Shown here: one piece after another, positions 1 to 8,103 of the stretch | Layout: every line of letters starts with the position of its first letter | Position numbering within the stretch: position 1 is the stretch's first letter | IMG/VR virus record: IMGVR_UViG_3300031566_009621 | Length of the DNA: 20,650 bases | Origin: a virus | Reading direction: 5' to 3' (one strand) | The notes under the pieces: generated by a model | Seen by the model: only the letters and a program-made list of their open reading frames with translations | Database searches by the model: none | Told to the model about the DNA's origin: nothing | Position numbers and translations under genes: made by a program

Positions 1-61
1 TTTGCCGGCAGCCGGTTGGTGCAACACGTAGGAGACATTTGACGGAAGAAGGGACGCCATA

Positions 62-850
62 ATGCCGTCGACTGCGACGCTGTCACGCTGGCGGAGGACG
101 CCGGCAGACCTGAATTTCAAGGTTGACAAGAAGGACTATCGCGCCGAGTTCACGCTGAACCGCTTGTGCCGTGAGATCGACGAGGGTCGTGAGCTGGCGA
201 AACAAGATGAGCGGCACGACGCGATGCAGGAGCGTCGGATGAGCGCGAACATGTTCATATGTGAGTGGTGCAACGAGCGCATCACACACGTGGCAGATCC
301 GCTACGAGACGTGGCGCTCTGCATGATCTGCAAGAATAAGGGCATCACGCCGTACATGGTGCGCACGCATATTGTTGAGTCGTCCACGCCCCTTCCCGAG
401 CAGGAGGAGCAAGGCAGCTCGCTGGAAGAAGCGAAGTATAACGTCGCCAGGGCCGAGCAGGAGTTGGTCGACGCGCGCATCGACTTCGAGGCTGCGATAG
501 CGGCGATGGCTGCGGCCAAGACGCAGGACGAGACGGACGCCGGGCATGACGAAATGTCGCGGGCGCTGGAGCGAATCACCGCCGCGCAGGAAGCGGGCGA
601 CGCTGCGCTGTTGGCGTTCCGTGCAGCGCGAGTAGACGAACCGACGATGGCCGAGAAGGACACTGCAGGATTCAGAGGGAGCACCAGCGAGCTGGGGTTC
701 CACGAGGGCGCTGCGGGCTTCCGTCCAGAGGATCGCGGAGAGCCGCCGGGTGTGCCGCCGGGACAGCGCTTGGGGTTGCCAACCAAGGGCAACGACTACC
801 TGCATGACGGGTACCTGCATGACGGGCGTACGCCGGGGAACTGGGAGTAG
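62..850 (+). CDS. Hypothetical protein with a Cys-pair zinc-finger-like motif (CEWC...CMIC), a central Ala/Glu-rich predicted coiled coil, a Gly/Pro-rich C-terminus and a short terminal tandem repeat (DYLHDGYLHDG).
   Basis: 262-aa ORF. ATG at 62 is preceded by a purine-rich SD-like stretch (gaagaaggga). Same strand and codon style as its neighbours. Motifs read directly from the translation. Confidence 0.55.
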   Translation: MPSTATLSRWRRTPADLNFKVDKKDYRAEFTLNRLCREIDEGRELAKQDERHDAMQERRMSANMFICEWCNERITHVADPLRDVALCMICKNKGITPYMVRTHIVESSTPLPEQEEQGSSLEEAKYNVARAEQELVDARIDFEAAIAAMAAAKTQDETDAGHDEMSRALERITAAQEAGDAALLAFRAARVDEPTMAEKDTAGFRGSTSELGFHEGAAGFRPEDRGEPPGVPPGQRLGLPTKGNDYLHDGYLHDGRTPGNWE

Positions 851-851
851 T

Positions 852-1058
852 ATGGTTCATGGTGCTACGTTCGAATCACCGTACGGATTCGTCAAGATAG
901 TCACGAGCAAGGGGCCAAAGTGGTTCTGCAACAAGGGCAAGCTCTCCGCAGGGCCGTACGCCACCAAGTGGCTCGCCAAACGGCAGGGTCCGCGTGACAT
1001 CCTGAAAGTCGAGACCGACGCTGCTCAGGAAGACATCGCGGAGCCTGATGCATTGTGA
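852..1058 (+). CDS. Small hypothetical protein (68 aa).
   Basis: The internal ATG at 852 of the 750..1058 ORF lies 1 nt after the upstream TAG. A gggag SD sits just upstream. The downstream GTG start overlaps its TGA stop (GTGA). Confidence 0.45.
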   Translation: MVHGATFESPYGFVKIVTSKGPKWFCNKGKLSAGPYATKWLAKRQGPRDILKVETDAAQEDIAEPDAL

Positions 1059-1363
1059 GCACTGTACATCAGGGACCAGACGGGTTACGGATTATTCACG
1101 ATCCGGAGGGCAAGACGCTGGGTGACAGACTGTACGTCACGCGGGGTCAGAAGTGTGTTCCCTTCGGGAACGCACTCACCCTCAAGGCGCTCGGCGGTAT
1201 ACTTCTCACGCCAACGATGCGGGGTTGGCTCATGTCATTCCGCAGTCTCTACGCTAAGGTTGGCGGCAAGAGCACCAACACAACCGTCAGTTCATTCTGG
1301 AGCGATGAAAACTATCGCGAGTGGCGCCGTCGCCAGCAGGCGCAGAGACGGAGAGGGGGTTGA
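1055..1363 (+). CDS. Member 1 of a tandem paralogous small-protein family (GTG start). Shares the C-terminal W-[LIV]-R/M motif region (TPTMRGWLMSF) with members 2-7.
   Basis: GTG 1055 overlaps the upstream TGA. The translation aligns with the downstream paralogs around the Trp-containing motif. Confidence 0.45.
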   Translation: MSTVHQGPDGLRIIHDPEGKTLGDRLYVTRGQKCVPFGNALTLKALGGILLTPTMRGWLMSFRSLYAKVGGKSTNTTVSSFWSDENYREWRRRQQAQRRRGG

Positions 1364-1365
1364 TA

Positions 1366-1610
1366 TGACGTACGTGTTCACCCGTCAACTCTCGACGGGT
1401 GAGAATCTGATGTATGTGTACGACAACGAGGGCAGTAACGTCGAGGGTACGCGGCATTTCGTCACGTGCCGACAGTACACTGCGGCTCGTGGGGTTGTCA
1501 TAGACAACTACAGCATTGGCGGCATATCTCTCGGCGTAGCTACGATAGAGTGGGTGCGTTCGCACCTACGTCGCATCCTGGCGCATGAGACCAGCGGGCG
1601 GCCGCTATGA
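1366..1610 (+). CDS. Paralog family member 2 (81 aa): MTYVFTRQ...YVYDNEGSNVEGTRHF...IEWVRSHLRR.
   Basis: ATG 1366 lies 2 nt after the upstream TGA, with a strong SD (ggagaggggg). It aligns clearly with member 3 (MxxVF...M.YVFD.EG..V.GTRH...W[IV]R). Confidence 0.6.
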
Positions 1611-1852
1611 CGGTAGTGTTTGTATGCCCGATTGGCGGCGCCCTGGCGGGGATGATGTACGTGTTTGATTCCGAGGGACGTTCGGTCGACGGAACCCGGC
1701 ATTGGCTCACGTACCAGAATACTACGGCCCCTCGTCGTGACGTAGTGCGCAATATGCGTATTGGGAACACCGTTCTCACTGACGCTACGCGACAGTGGAT
1801 TCGTGTCTGTACGCGGCAAGTGCAGCAACGTATCGATGAGGGGGTGTTATAG
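1607..1852 (+). CDS. Paralog family member 3 (81 aa): MTVVFVC...MMYVFDSEGRSVDGTRHW...RQWIRVCTRQ.
   Basis: ATGA start/stop overlap at 1607-1610. Alignable with member 2 along its whole length. Confidence 0.6.
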   Translation: MTVVFVCPIGGALAGMMYVFDSEGRSVDGTRHWLTYQNTTAPRRDVVRNMRIGNTVLTDATRQWIRVCTRQVQQRIDEGVL

Positions 1853-2107
1853 GTGAGCACCGTATACGCGAGCGCCGAGTACCAGCTGATGCTGGTGTTC
1901 GACGAGGACGAGGAGCGTACACATACCAACGCCGTCAATCGCTACTACGTCATGGACTCACGCGGCTGCATTATGTCGTATGAGTCTGTGAGCTATCGGG
2001 GGATATTAGAGGGAATACGCCTGAGTGGCAGTCAAATGCGTTGGTTGCGTGAATGCAATCGCAAGCTGTCGGCTGAGTTGACCGCGCAGCGGGGATATGT
2101 GGCATGA
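1853..2107 (+). CDS. Paralog family member 4 (84 aa, GTG start): LMLVFDEDEERTHTNAV...SQMRWLRECNRK.
   Basis: GTG 1853 directly follows the TAG at 1850-1852. An SD (gaggggg) sits 8 nt upstream. It carries the family's VFD.E motif and the Q/M-R-W-L-R motif. Confidence 0.55.
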   Translation: MSTVYASAEYQLMLVFDEDEERTHTNAVNRYYVMDSRGCIMSYESVSYRGILEGIRLSGSQMRWLRECNRKLSAELTAQRGYVA

Positions 2108-2367
2108 CGCCACAGACAACAGTGTATGCGAGGGAAGGCATTATGCTCGTGTACGACGAGGCAGTACAGGTCGGCTACCCGGGCTACGTGGAGGGCGATA
2201 GCTACTACGTCGTGTACCGAGGACGAACGGCGCCCTACCACAATGCTGCGGAAGGCGCGTGTCGGGTCGAAGGCATTCTGGTACCGAGTCCTTTGGTTGA
2301 TTGGTTGCGCGACATGCATAGGCGTCTTTGCTCCTGGGTTAGCAGACGAGATGTGGGGACACTATGA
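2104..2367 (+). CDS. Paralog family member 5 (87 aa): IMLVYDEAVQVGYPGYVEGDSYYVV...SPLVDWLRDMHRR.
   Basis: ATGA overlap at 2104-2107. Shares the hydrophobic-V[FY]DE N-terminal motif and the DWLR C-terminal motif. Confidence 0.6.
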   Translation: MTPQTTVYAREGIMLVYDEAVQVGYPGYVEGDSYYVVYRGRTAPYHNAAEGACRVEGILVPSPLVDWLRDMHRRLCSWVSRRDVGTL

Positions 2368-2594
2368 GTGACGTTTGGGTACGAGACGACTTGACGGTCG
2401 TCTTCGATCGCGAGGCGCTGAGAGGGACGCACGACCGCTGCTTCGTTCGGGCGAGCCAGGATGCGGTGACGCGTGATATTCGCTCCGTGATAGACTTCGG
2501 ATGCATCGAGCAGCGTGTTCTGAGTCGCGCTGAAATCACTTGGCTCGGTGAGGTCAAGTCGGAAATTGTATACGCGATTGGACTACGAATATGA
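2364..2594 (+). CDS. Paralog family member 6 (76 aa): LTVVFDREALRGTHDRCFV...AEITWLGEVKSE.
   Basis: ATGA overlap at 2364-2367. Carries the VVFD-E..GTH motif shared with members 2 and 3. Confidence 0.6.
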   Translation: MSDVWVRDDLTVVFDREALRGTHDRCFVRASQDAVTRDIRSVIDFGCIEQRVLSRAEITWLGEVKSEIVYAIGLRI

Positions 2595-3934
2595 GCGAGA
2601 CACGCCATCACGGGCGCGTAACGCTCGTGCTCGATTCGGAAAGCGACAAGGCGGAAGATGCGGCGTACATCATGGTGGAGGGCGAGACGTACACAGCGCT
2701 CATCATCTTCCAGTACAATGGGGTTGTATCGGGCACGCCGCTAGTGCTCACACCGCACGAGATGGATTGGCTGCGAGAGCAGAGCAACGCCATCATCGCT
2801 GCGCGCGAGACGGTACTCGGCGAGCGGGATGTGATGGCTCACGTGTTCACTAGGCAGCGTCACTTCCGGGAGCCGCCAGTGGATCTGCCATCGGTCGAGT
2901 GGATTTTAAATCAGCAGCAGATAAGGAATCAGGCAGCTGCGGGCTTCGCGACTACGGCTGACACCACAACAACGGGGTTTGCACCAGCGGGTTCTCCTAC
3001 CGGGCGGATACAGACGGCCACGTCGAACGTTCTGCCGTTCGCGAACATCGACTACTCGCATCTAGAAGCGCGAATGGCTGAGGCAGCTATGCGGGCAGAG
3101 TCGCATGACGAGGAGTACGAGGACGACGACGTAGATGAGGACGAGATCAATGAGACGCGCCCGATACCGGGAGCTGTGCCGGGAAGTCCGGTGTATCGCT
3201 TCGATTTCGATCCGGGTATGCTCCAGGGGATCTCATCGGAGATACTAACGCCGGAGCAGGTAGAGGCCAATCGTGCAGCCGCTGAAGCTGCTCGACACAC
3301 ACGCGCAGCCCGGGCGGGCGACGCGGCTGATGCTGTGGCCTACGGGGTATCTCCTATAGTAGGAGCGATGCGCAGGGAAGCGATTTCGCGTCAGCTGTAC
3401 ACTACGTTACCGGCGCGCTTAGGCGCCATGCGCCCCCGCGTCGAGTTGACGCGTATGGAGCCCGGCGAGCGAATCGGAGTCTCTGTAGATCAGAACGGCG
3501 AAGCAGCCATTGTTAATGCTGCTGATCGACCGCTCGCGGTACCGCTTCCTGCCAATGATGAACAGCCGTTCGAATCAGCAGACCCGCCGGCCGGCATAGG
3601 CAACATAAACATACAGGCGGGTGAGGGAATGGAGGTGCATCAAGAGGGCAATCAGGTAACCATATCCCGGGCACCTGAGCACGTAGGCGTGCCGGATTAT
3701 TCCTCTCCGGCGGCTGTTCAAGCCTTCTGGCAGCGAACTACTGGAACCGCGTCTTTTGTCGACTACGCGCGGCAGCTGCTTGCTGAGACGCGTTCTGATG
3801 ACAACAGCAACGCAGCGCAGGCTACGCGACAGATTGGCGTGGATCTGGGGCTGACGCCGGATGTAGTCATAGAGGACGAGATTGTCGATACAGACGTCGG
3901 TGACCATGCCGACGAGGACTACGACGACTCGTAG
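2591..3934 (+). CDS. Paralog family member 7. The N-terminal ~90 aa is the family domain (VTLVLDSESD...TPHEMDWLREQSN). It is fused to a ~350-aa low-complexity, strongly acidic, probably disordered extension (HDEEYEDDDVDEDEINE ... DEDYDDS).
   Basis: ATGA overlap at 2591-2594. The N-terminus aligns with members 2-6. The acidic tail is read from the translation. Confidence 0.6.
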   Translation: MSETRHHGRVTLVLDSESDKAEDAAYIMVEGETYTALIIFQYNGVVSGTPLVLTPHEMDWLREQSNAIIAARETVLGERDVMAHVFTRQRHFREPPVDLPSVEWILNQQQIRNQAAAGFATTADTTTTGFAPAGSPTGRIQTATSNVLPFANIDYSHLEARMAEAAMRAESHDEEYEDDDVDEDEINETRPIPGAVPGSPVYRFDFDPGMLQGISSEILTPEQVEANRAAAEAARHTRAARAGDAADAVAYGVSPIVGAMRREAISRQLYTTLPARLGAMRPRVELTRMEPGERIGVSVDQNGEAAIVNAADRPLAVPLPANDEQPFESADPPAGIGNINIQAGEGMEVHQEGNQVTISRAPEHVGVPDYSSPAAVQAFWQRTTGTASFVDYARQLLAETRSDDNSNAAQATRQIGVDLGLTPDVVIEDEIVDTDVGDHADEDYDDS

Positions 3935-3972
3935 AAGTACGAACGCGTTCTTACTTCCTGAAAGGAGTCACG

Positions 3973-4242
3973 GTGCAGTTGACTGCAGAGATGTTGCTGG
4001 AGAAACTCCTCGACTTCGTCGAGGGACGCGAGAAGGAGCTGGCGACTCGGGATCAGACGGCACTCCCGGCTCTCCACGAGTATGGGGTCGCGAAGGCGTT
4101 CCTGTACAATCTTCTGGGCGAGACGAAGTCGTTTGCCGACAGGCGTACGCGGGGCTTCGCGGCGCCGGGCGCACGCGTCTTCGAGACGGCGAAGAAGGAG
4201 GAGTCGAATGCAGGTACAGGTGATGGGCCGCCCGTCGCCTGA
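3973..4242 (+). CDS. Hypothetical protein (89 aa, GTG start).
   Basis: aaggag SD at 3961-3966, 6 nt before GTG 3973. Overlaps the next gene by 35 nt in another frame. Confidence 0.45.
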   Translation: MQLTAEMLLEKLLDFVEGREKELATRDQTALPALHEYGVAKAFLYNLLGETKSFADRRTRGFAAPGARVFETAKKEESNAGTGDGPPVA

Positions 4243-4438
4243 GTTTCCGGTGGTCTGTTGGACCCCGGAGAAGCTGGAGCGGTTGCGAAAGCTGTATGAG
4301 GCTGAAAAGGACGAGGGACTCGATCATGTGATTGAGTTCGATGGCACGAAGATGCTCATCGCCTACACCAAGTACATGATTGAATACCTCACTAAGCGGT
4401 TCGAGGGTTGCTCTCAGTCGGAGAAGCCTGTAAACTAA
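4208..4438 (+). CDS. Hypothetical protein (76 aa): MQVQVMGRPSPEFPVVCW...
   Basis: Internal ATG at 4208 of ORF 4082..4438, preceded by an aaggagga SD. The upstream part of that ORF is Arg-rich junk in a GC-rich frame. Confidence 0.5.
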   Translation: MQVQVMGRPSPEFPVVCWTPEKLERLRKLYEAEKDEGLDHVIEFDGTKMLIAYTKYMIEYLTKRFEGCSQSEKPVN

Positions 4439-4469
4439 CGAGAACAGGAAACTTCGAACGGAGGGTAGC

Positions 4470-4685
4470 ATGCGCAGGTCGAGACTCACAAGGAATTCCC
4501 CGGTGAAAATCGTGAACGCGCCCAAGAACATGAAGCGGTTCAGTGGAAGGCGGGGACGAATCTTCGGCGTGCGCGGTCCGGACAAGACCTGGTGTGTCAC
4601 GTTCGACAAACCAGTTCTGCATAGAGGCAAGAAGGTCAAGTTCATGGTGTTCAGGCGTCACGAGCTTCAGAAATTGGAGGAGTAG
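4470..4685 (+). CDS. Small basic hypothetical protein (71 aa).
   Basis: ATG 4470 with a ggaggg SD. Compact Lys/Arg-rich sequence. Confidence 0.5.
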   Translation: MRRSRLTRNSPVKIVNAPKNMKRFSGRRGRIFGVRGPDKTWCVTFDKPVLHRGKKVKFMVFRRHELQKLEE

Positions 4686-4686
4686 C

Positions 4687-5016
4687 GTGGCGGGTCGATA
4701 CATTGACGTGGCTGTGAAGTTGGAGACTGCCGGAACGGTCGATCAACTCTACGTCCGGGATGGCGAGACGAGCAAGGACGCTGTCGAGCGCTATCTCAAG
4801 GACGACGAAGAGAAGTTGGCGGATGCGGATATCTGCCGCGTGGTCGAAGAGATTGACGCCAAGACCGTCAAGGTCTCCGATCTGATGGAGCTGCACCCGT
4901 CGGAGGAGACAAAGCAGTTGAACATCGACTACCCCAACGGCAACCCCTACGAGGAAGCCAGCGAGGGCGAGGCCGCGCCGGCTGAGGGTGCGATCGTGAC
5001 GGGCTTCAGCAGGTGA
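4687..5016 (+). CDS. Hypothetical acidic protein (109 aa, GTG start).
   Basis: GTG 4687 lies 1 nt after the TAG at 4683-4685. A ttggaggag SD sits upstream. The longer 4543 start would overlap the upstream gene in a frame with no SD. Confidence 0.45.
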   Translation: MAGRYIDVAVKLETAGTVDQLYVRDGETSKDAVERYLKDDEEKLADADICRVVEEIDAKTVKVSDLMELHPSEETKQLNIDYPNGNPYEEASEGEAAPAEGAIVTGFSR

Positions 5017-5246
5017 TCGTACCGACTCTCAAAGTCGGAGCTGAAATCTACACCGTGACCCCCCTGGCCGAAGGTCCGTGGGCGGTAGACGAAGTGACCG
5101 TGATCAATGATGACGGCGTTACGATCTGCTGTATCTCTACGGTCTACGACCAGGGGGTCATGTTTGTTAGTCGCGCCGACGCTTTCGTGGACCGAGCTGT
5201 TGCGTCTGCGGAGGCCGTCAGGCGCAACGAAAAGGAGCAGCCGTGA
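5013..5246 (+). CDS. Hypothetical protein (77 aa, GTG start).
   Basis: GTGA start/stop overlap at 5013-5016. Confidence 0.45.
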   Translation: MIVPTLKVGAEIYTVTPLAEGPWAVDEVTVINDDGVTICCISTVYDQGVMFVSRADAFVDRAVASAEAVRRNEKEQP

Positions 5247-5650
5247 TCACACAGTGGGAGATGTACTGGCTGACGAGGTGTGATAGCCTCAATGCATTCG
5301 TGTTTGGCATCGGCCTCACCATAGCAATCATAGGCGGCATCCTGCTCATCGCCTATCTCACCATCAAGGCGTGTACGGCGGGCAGCCCGTCGGAGTCCGA
5401 CAAGGCAGCGAACGCGATGGCGGGCAGGGTCTACAAGCCGATGTACTGGACGCTCGGCGCCGGCATGCTGTTACTGATGTTCAGCGTGTTCATCCCGACG
5501 ACCAAGGAGTACGCGGCTATCAAGGTCGTGCCCGCGCTCGCCAACGATACTCTGAAGGAGGATCTGGGCGAGATCTACACGCTGGCGAAGGAGTGGGCGA
5601 AAGACGAGCTGAAAGAGCTGAGTGCCGAGGTGAAGAAGCCGGAGGAGTAG
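5243..5650 (+). CDS. Membrane protein with two predicted TM helices (GIGLTIAIIGGILLIAYLTI and WTLGAGMLLLMFSVFIP).
   Basis: GTGA overlap at 5243-5246. Hydrophobic segments read from the translation. Confidence 0.5.
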   Translation: MITQWEMYWLTRCDSLNAFVFGIGLTIAIIGGILLIAYLTIKACTAGSPSESDKAANAMAGRVYKPMYWTLGAGMLLLMFSVFIPTTKEYAAIKVVPALANDTLKEDLGEIYTLAKEWAKDELKELSAEVKKPEE

Positions 5651-5651
5651 C

Positions 5652-5879
5652 ATGACTGGATGGTATGTGGCGTGCGTCTTGTACGTGCTGGGTGCGCTCT
5701 GGGTGCCGATAGCGATGGGCGTAGCGAGCCCTAGCGGTATGTGGGGCTACCCGGGCGAGTCATTCTGGAGGCGCTACGTACTGCCGATCTTCTTCGTCGT
5801 CGTGTGGCCCCTCGCGCTGGGCGTCGCGCTGATCGAGCTGTACATGAACAGCAGAAAACCGGGAGGACGGAAGAGATGA
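5652..5879 (+). CDS. Small membrane protein with two TM helices (75 aa).
   Basis: ATG 5652 with a ggaggag SD. YVACVLYVLGALWVPIAMGV and LPIFFVVVWPLALGVALI are hydrophobic. Confidence 0.5.
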   Translation: MTGWYVACVLYVLGALWVPIAMGVASPSGMWGYPGESFWRRYVLPIFFVVVWPLALGVALIELYMNSRKPGGRKR

Positions 5880-6376
5880 TGCGGGTCATTTGTATGATGG
5901 GACTTCCGCGTTCAGGGAAGTCGACGGTTTCACGAGTGCTGTCGATGCAGTTCGCGGCCCCGGTCGTCAACCGCGACAGCATCAGGCTCGCGCTGCACGG
6001 CGAGCGCTTTCTGAAGCCGGCGGAGCCGATGGTGCGCGTGCTGGCCAGAATCATGGTCGAGGCGCTTTTCAATGCGGGTCACGGCACGGTCATCGTCGAC
6101 GAGACGAACCTCAAGAGAGCGACGAGAGACTTCTGGCGTGACGGTCCGTGGGCGACGGAGTTTCTTCAGGTGCAGACGTCGAAGGAGCTGTGCATCGCGC
6201 GAGCGCAAGCGACGGACGACGAAGCGATCATGCCGGTCATACAGGCAATGGATGATTACGCCGAGCCGCTCGATGAGAGTGTCGAGCACGTCTCTGCGGT
6301 GCTCGCGGCGGAGTTCCCCGCGATCAAGGCGGCGTTGGAGCGGGCCACCAGTCAACAACCGGAAGGGGCTGAATGA
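5876..6376 (+). CDS. P-loop polynucleotide 5'-kinase domain protein, T4 Pnk N-terminal kinase domain-like, with no phosphatase domain. Walker A is GLPRSGKST; downstream motifs are NRDSIR and VIVDETNLKRATRDFW.
   Basis: ATGA overlap at 5876-5879. From my recollection of T4 Pnk (GCPGSGKST ... NINRDDYR ... VIISDTNLNPERRLAW), all three blocks are conserved in order and spacing. At 166 aa it is too short to include the HAD phosphatase. Confidence 0.65.
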   Translation: MMRVICMMGLPRSGKSTVSRVLSMQFAAPVVNRDSIRLALHGERFLKPAEPMVRVLARIMVEALFNAGHGTVIVDETNLKRATRDFWRDGPWATEFLQVQTSKELCIARAQATDDEAIMPVIQAMDDYAEPLDESVEHVSAVLAAEFPAIKAALERATSQQPEGAE

Positions 6377-6675
6377 AAAGAGCCACTGAGCTGCTGATGT
6401 GCGATGTCTGCGGGGACGAGGTCGAACACACCAAGCTGGAGCAGGTGACTTCAACGTTCAAGGGCATCACCATTCCGTGGCTTATCGTCGAACGAGAGAA
6501 AGCAGACGATCTCCACGTCTGCTCGCGCTGTCACGCGGGAGCTTTTGAGTTCATCACGGACTTCATGAAGCTCGACGGCGCACGGAGCAAGAATATCGCC
6601 GAGGGCGTTACCATTCTGAAGCTCATCATGCCGTTGCTGCTGGACAAGATGCAGGAAGCACTGCTGAAGCAGTAG
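6373..6675 (+). CDS. Zinc-ribbon protein (CDVC...CSRC), 100 aa.
   Basis: ATGA overlap at 6373-6376. Two Cys pairs ~45 aa apart. Confidence 0.5.
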   Translation: MKRATELLMCDVCGDEVEHTKLEQVTSTFKGITIPWLIVEREKADDLHVCSRCHAGAFEFITDFMKLDGARSKNIAEGVTILKLIMPLLLDKMQEALLKQ

Positions 6676-6709
6676 TCGTCAACAGAAACAGAAATCGAAG
6701 GAGGAATCG

Positions 6710-7300
6710 GTGGCAAACAAGATTGCTACGTGCGAGATCAAAGGCGTAGCTCACCTCATCGTACACAATGGTCAGATGGCCGACCCGCTCAACGAGTGGG
6801 CGAAGGCGCTGAAGAAGGTGTCGGGCAAGCGCAACAAAACCGACGCCGACCACGAGAAGATGGCCGAGCTGGAGTTCCGGGGCGGCCTCTACCTCAATGC
6901 CGAGGGTAAGGCGATCATCCCCGGCAAGTGCATCGAGGGCATGCTCGTGAAGGGCGCCAACCACAGCAAGAGGGGCAAGGTCATCAAGAGCTTCGTGTTC
7001 ACGATGCTCGAAGAGTGGCCGCTCATCTACACCGGGCCGCATTCGGTGGACGAGCTGTGGGCGGACACCAAGTTCCGTCGGCGCGACCTTGTTGTAATCA
7101 AAGGCGCGCGGATCATGCGTACGCGCCCGACGTTCACAGACTGGAAGTTGAAGTTCGAGCTGTGCTTCGACGACACGGGCATCAATCCCGAGGCACTGCA
7201 GGAGATCCTCGAACTTGCTGGCCGCATCACTGGTCTCGGCGACTGGCGCCCCAAGCACGGGCGCTTCACTGTCGAGAAGTTCGACGTCAGAGACGCCTAG
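6710..7300 (+). CDS. Hypothetical protein (196 aa).
   Basis: GTG 6710 with a strong aaggagga SD 4 nt upstream. The competing minus-strand ORF 6626..7456 is Arg/Ala-rich low complexity and is judged an antisense artefact. Confidence 0.5.
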   Translation: MANKIATCEIKGVAHLIVHNGQMADPLNEWAKALKKVSGKRNKTDADHEKMAELEFRGGLYLNAEGKAIIPGKCIEGMLVKGANHSKRGKVIKSFVFTMLEEWPLIYTGPHSVDELWADTKFRRRDLVVIKGARIMRTRPTFTDWKLKFELCFDDTGINPEALQEILELAGRITGLGDWRPKHGRFTVEKFDVRDA

Positions 7301-7356
7301 CGCGGCGAGGTCTGGCAGGATCCGGCTAGACCTGGCGATGCAGGGATTGGCAGGGC

Positions 7357-7713
7357 ATGCGTCAAACCTATCTAGCAGAGCACATGGTCTGTGTGTACGC
7401 GTATCACACAGGCGAAGAGTCGCAGCTCGCGGAGTACGTCGAGCGGCAGGGCGCATACGTCGTGAAGACCGTGCACATGTCGGACATTATGCATGTTGCA
7501 CTGATCATTACGCATGCTGGCAGCGATCTGGCTGACTTCGACGTCGAGGAGGAGTTGCCGAAGATGTACACCACTGTAGCGCGAGAAGAGTGTCAGATCT
7601 GCGGGGCGGAGACGGTACCGTCAGATCAGACCCAATGCGGTGCGTGTGGCGAGATTGTCTGTAGCGAGTGTGTGTCTGAGGACGACAGTGACGTATGTGA
7701 GAATTGCGGTTGA
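7357..7713 (+). CDS. Protein with a C-terminal 4xCxxC zinc ribbon (CQIC..CGAC..CSEC..CENC). Start is uncertain (7357 or 7384).
   Basis: ORF with eight Cys in four CxxC pairs in the last 50 aa. Confidence 0.45.
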   Translation: MRQTYLAEHMVCVYAYHTGEESQLAEYVERQGAYVVKTVHMSDIMHVALIITHAGSDLADFDVEEELPKMYTTVAREECQICGAETVPSDQTQCGACGEIVCSECVSEDDSDVCENCG

Positions 7714-7843
7714 GTTTTGAGGGGCTCCCACACATCGAAGAACTACTGTACAGCGAGACGGGCTTCGACGCGGAGTGGTAGGGATTGGGCTCGACTTTCA
7801 TGGCTTCCTGGGTTGTGGAGCCCCTCTTTTCTTTGGAGGGCCA

Positions 7844-8083
7844 ATGCCGTTCGATGAAACGAAGGACGATGTTCTTGACGAGGCGCTCATCGAGATCGAT
7901 GACGCGCAGTCGTACATACACGCGAAGCTGGCTGCCTACAATGGCGGTGAGCCAAAGATCCAGCTGACACGATTCATCAAGCTGGGCAACGGGGAGAAGA
8001 AGTACGCGAAGCTCGGGCGGCTGACGCGGGCCGAGTCGCGTGCACTGATCCCGATCCTACAACAGTGGGCGTTCGATGAATAG
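7844..8083 (+). CDS. Hypothetical protein (79 aa) immediately upstream of the nuclease gene.
   Basis: Internal ATG 7844 with a ggaggg SD. The upstream part of the 7775 ORF has no SD. Confidence 0.45.
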   Translation: MPFDETKDDVLDEALIEIDDAQSYIHAKLAAYNGGEPKIQLTRFIKLGNGEKKYAKLGRLTRAESRALIPILQQWAFDE

Positions 8084-8103
8084 CGCGCCGGGAAGGTGAG
8101 GGA

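Noticed and set aside
7719-7826. Inverted repeat gaggggctcc ... ggagcccctc followed by a T-rich stretch, as a possible terminator after the zinc-ribbon gene.
   Set aside because: The arms are ~85 nt apart, so it is not a compact intrinsic terminator hairpin. It may be a long-range structure, but the evidence is insufficient.
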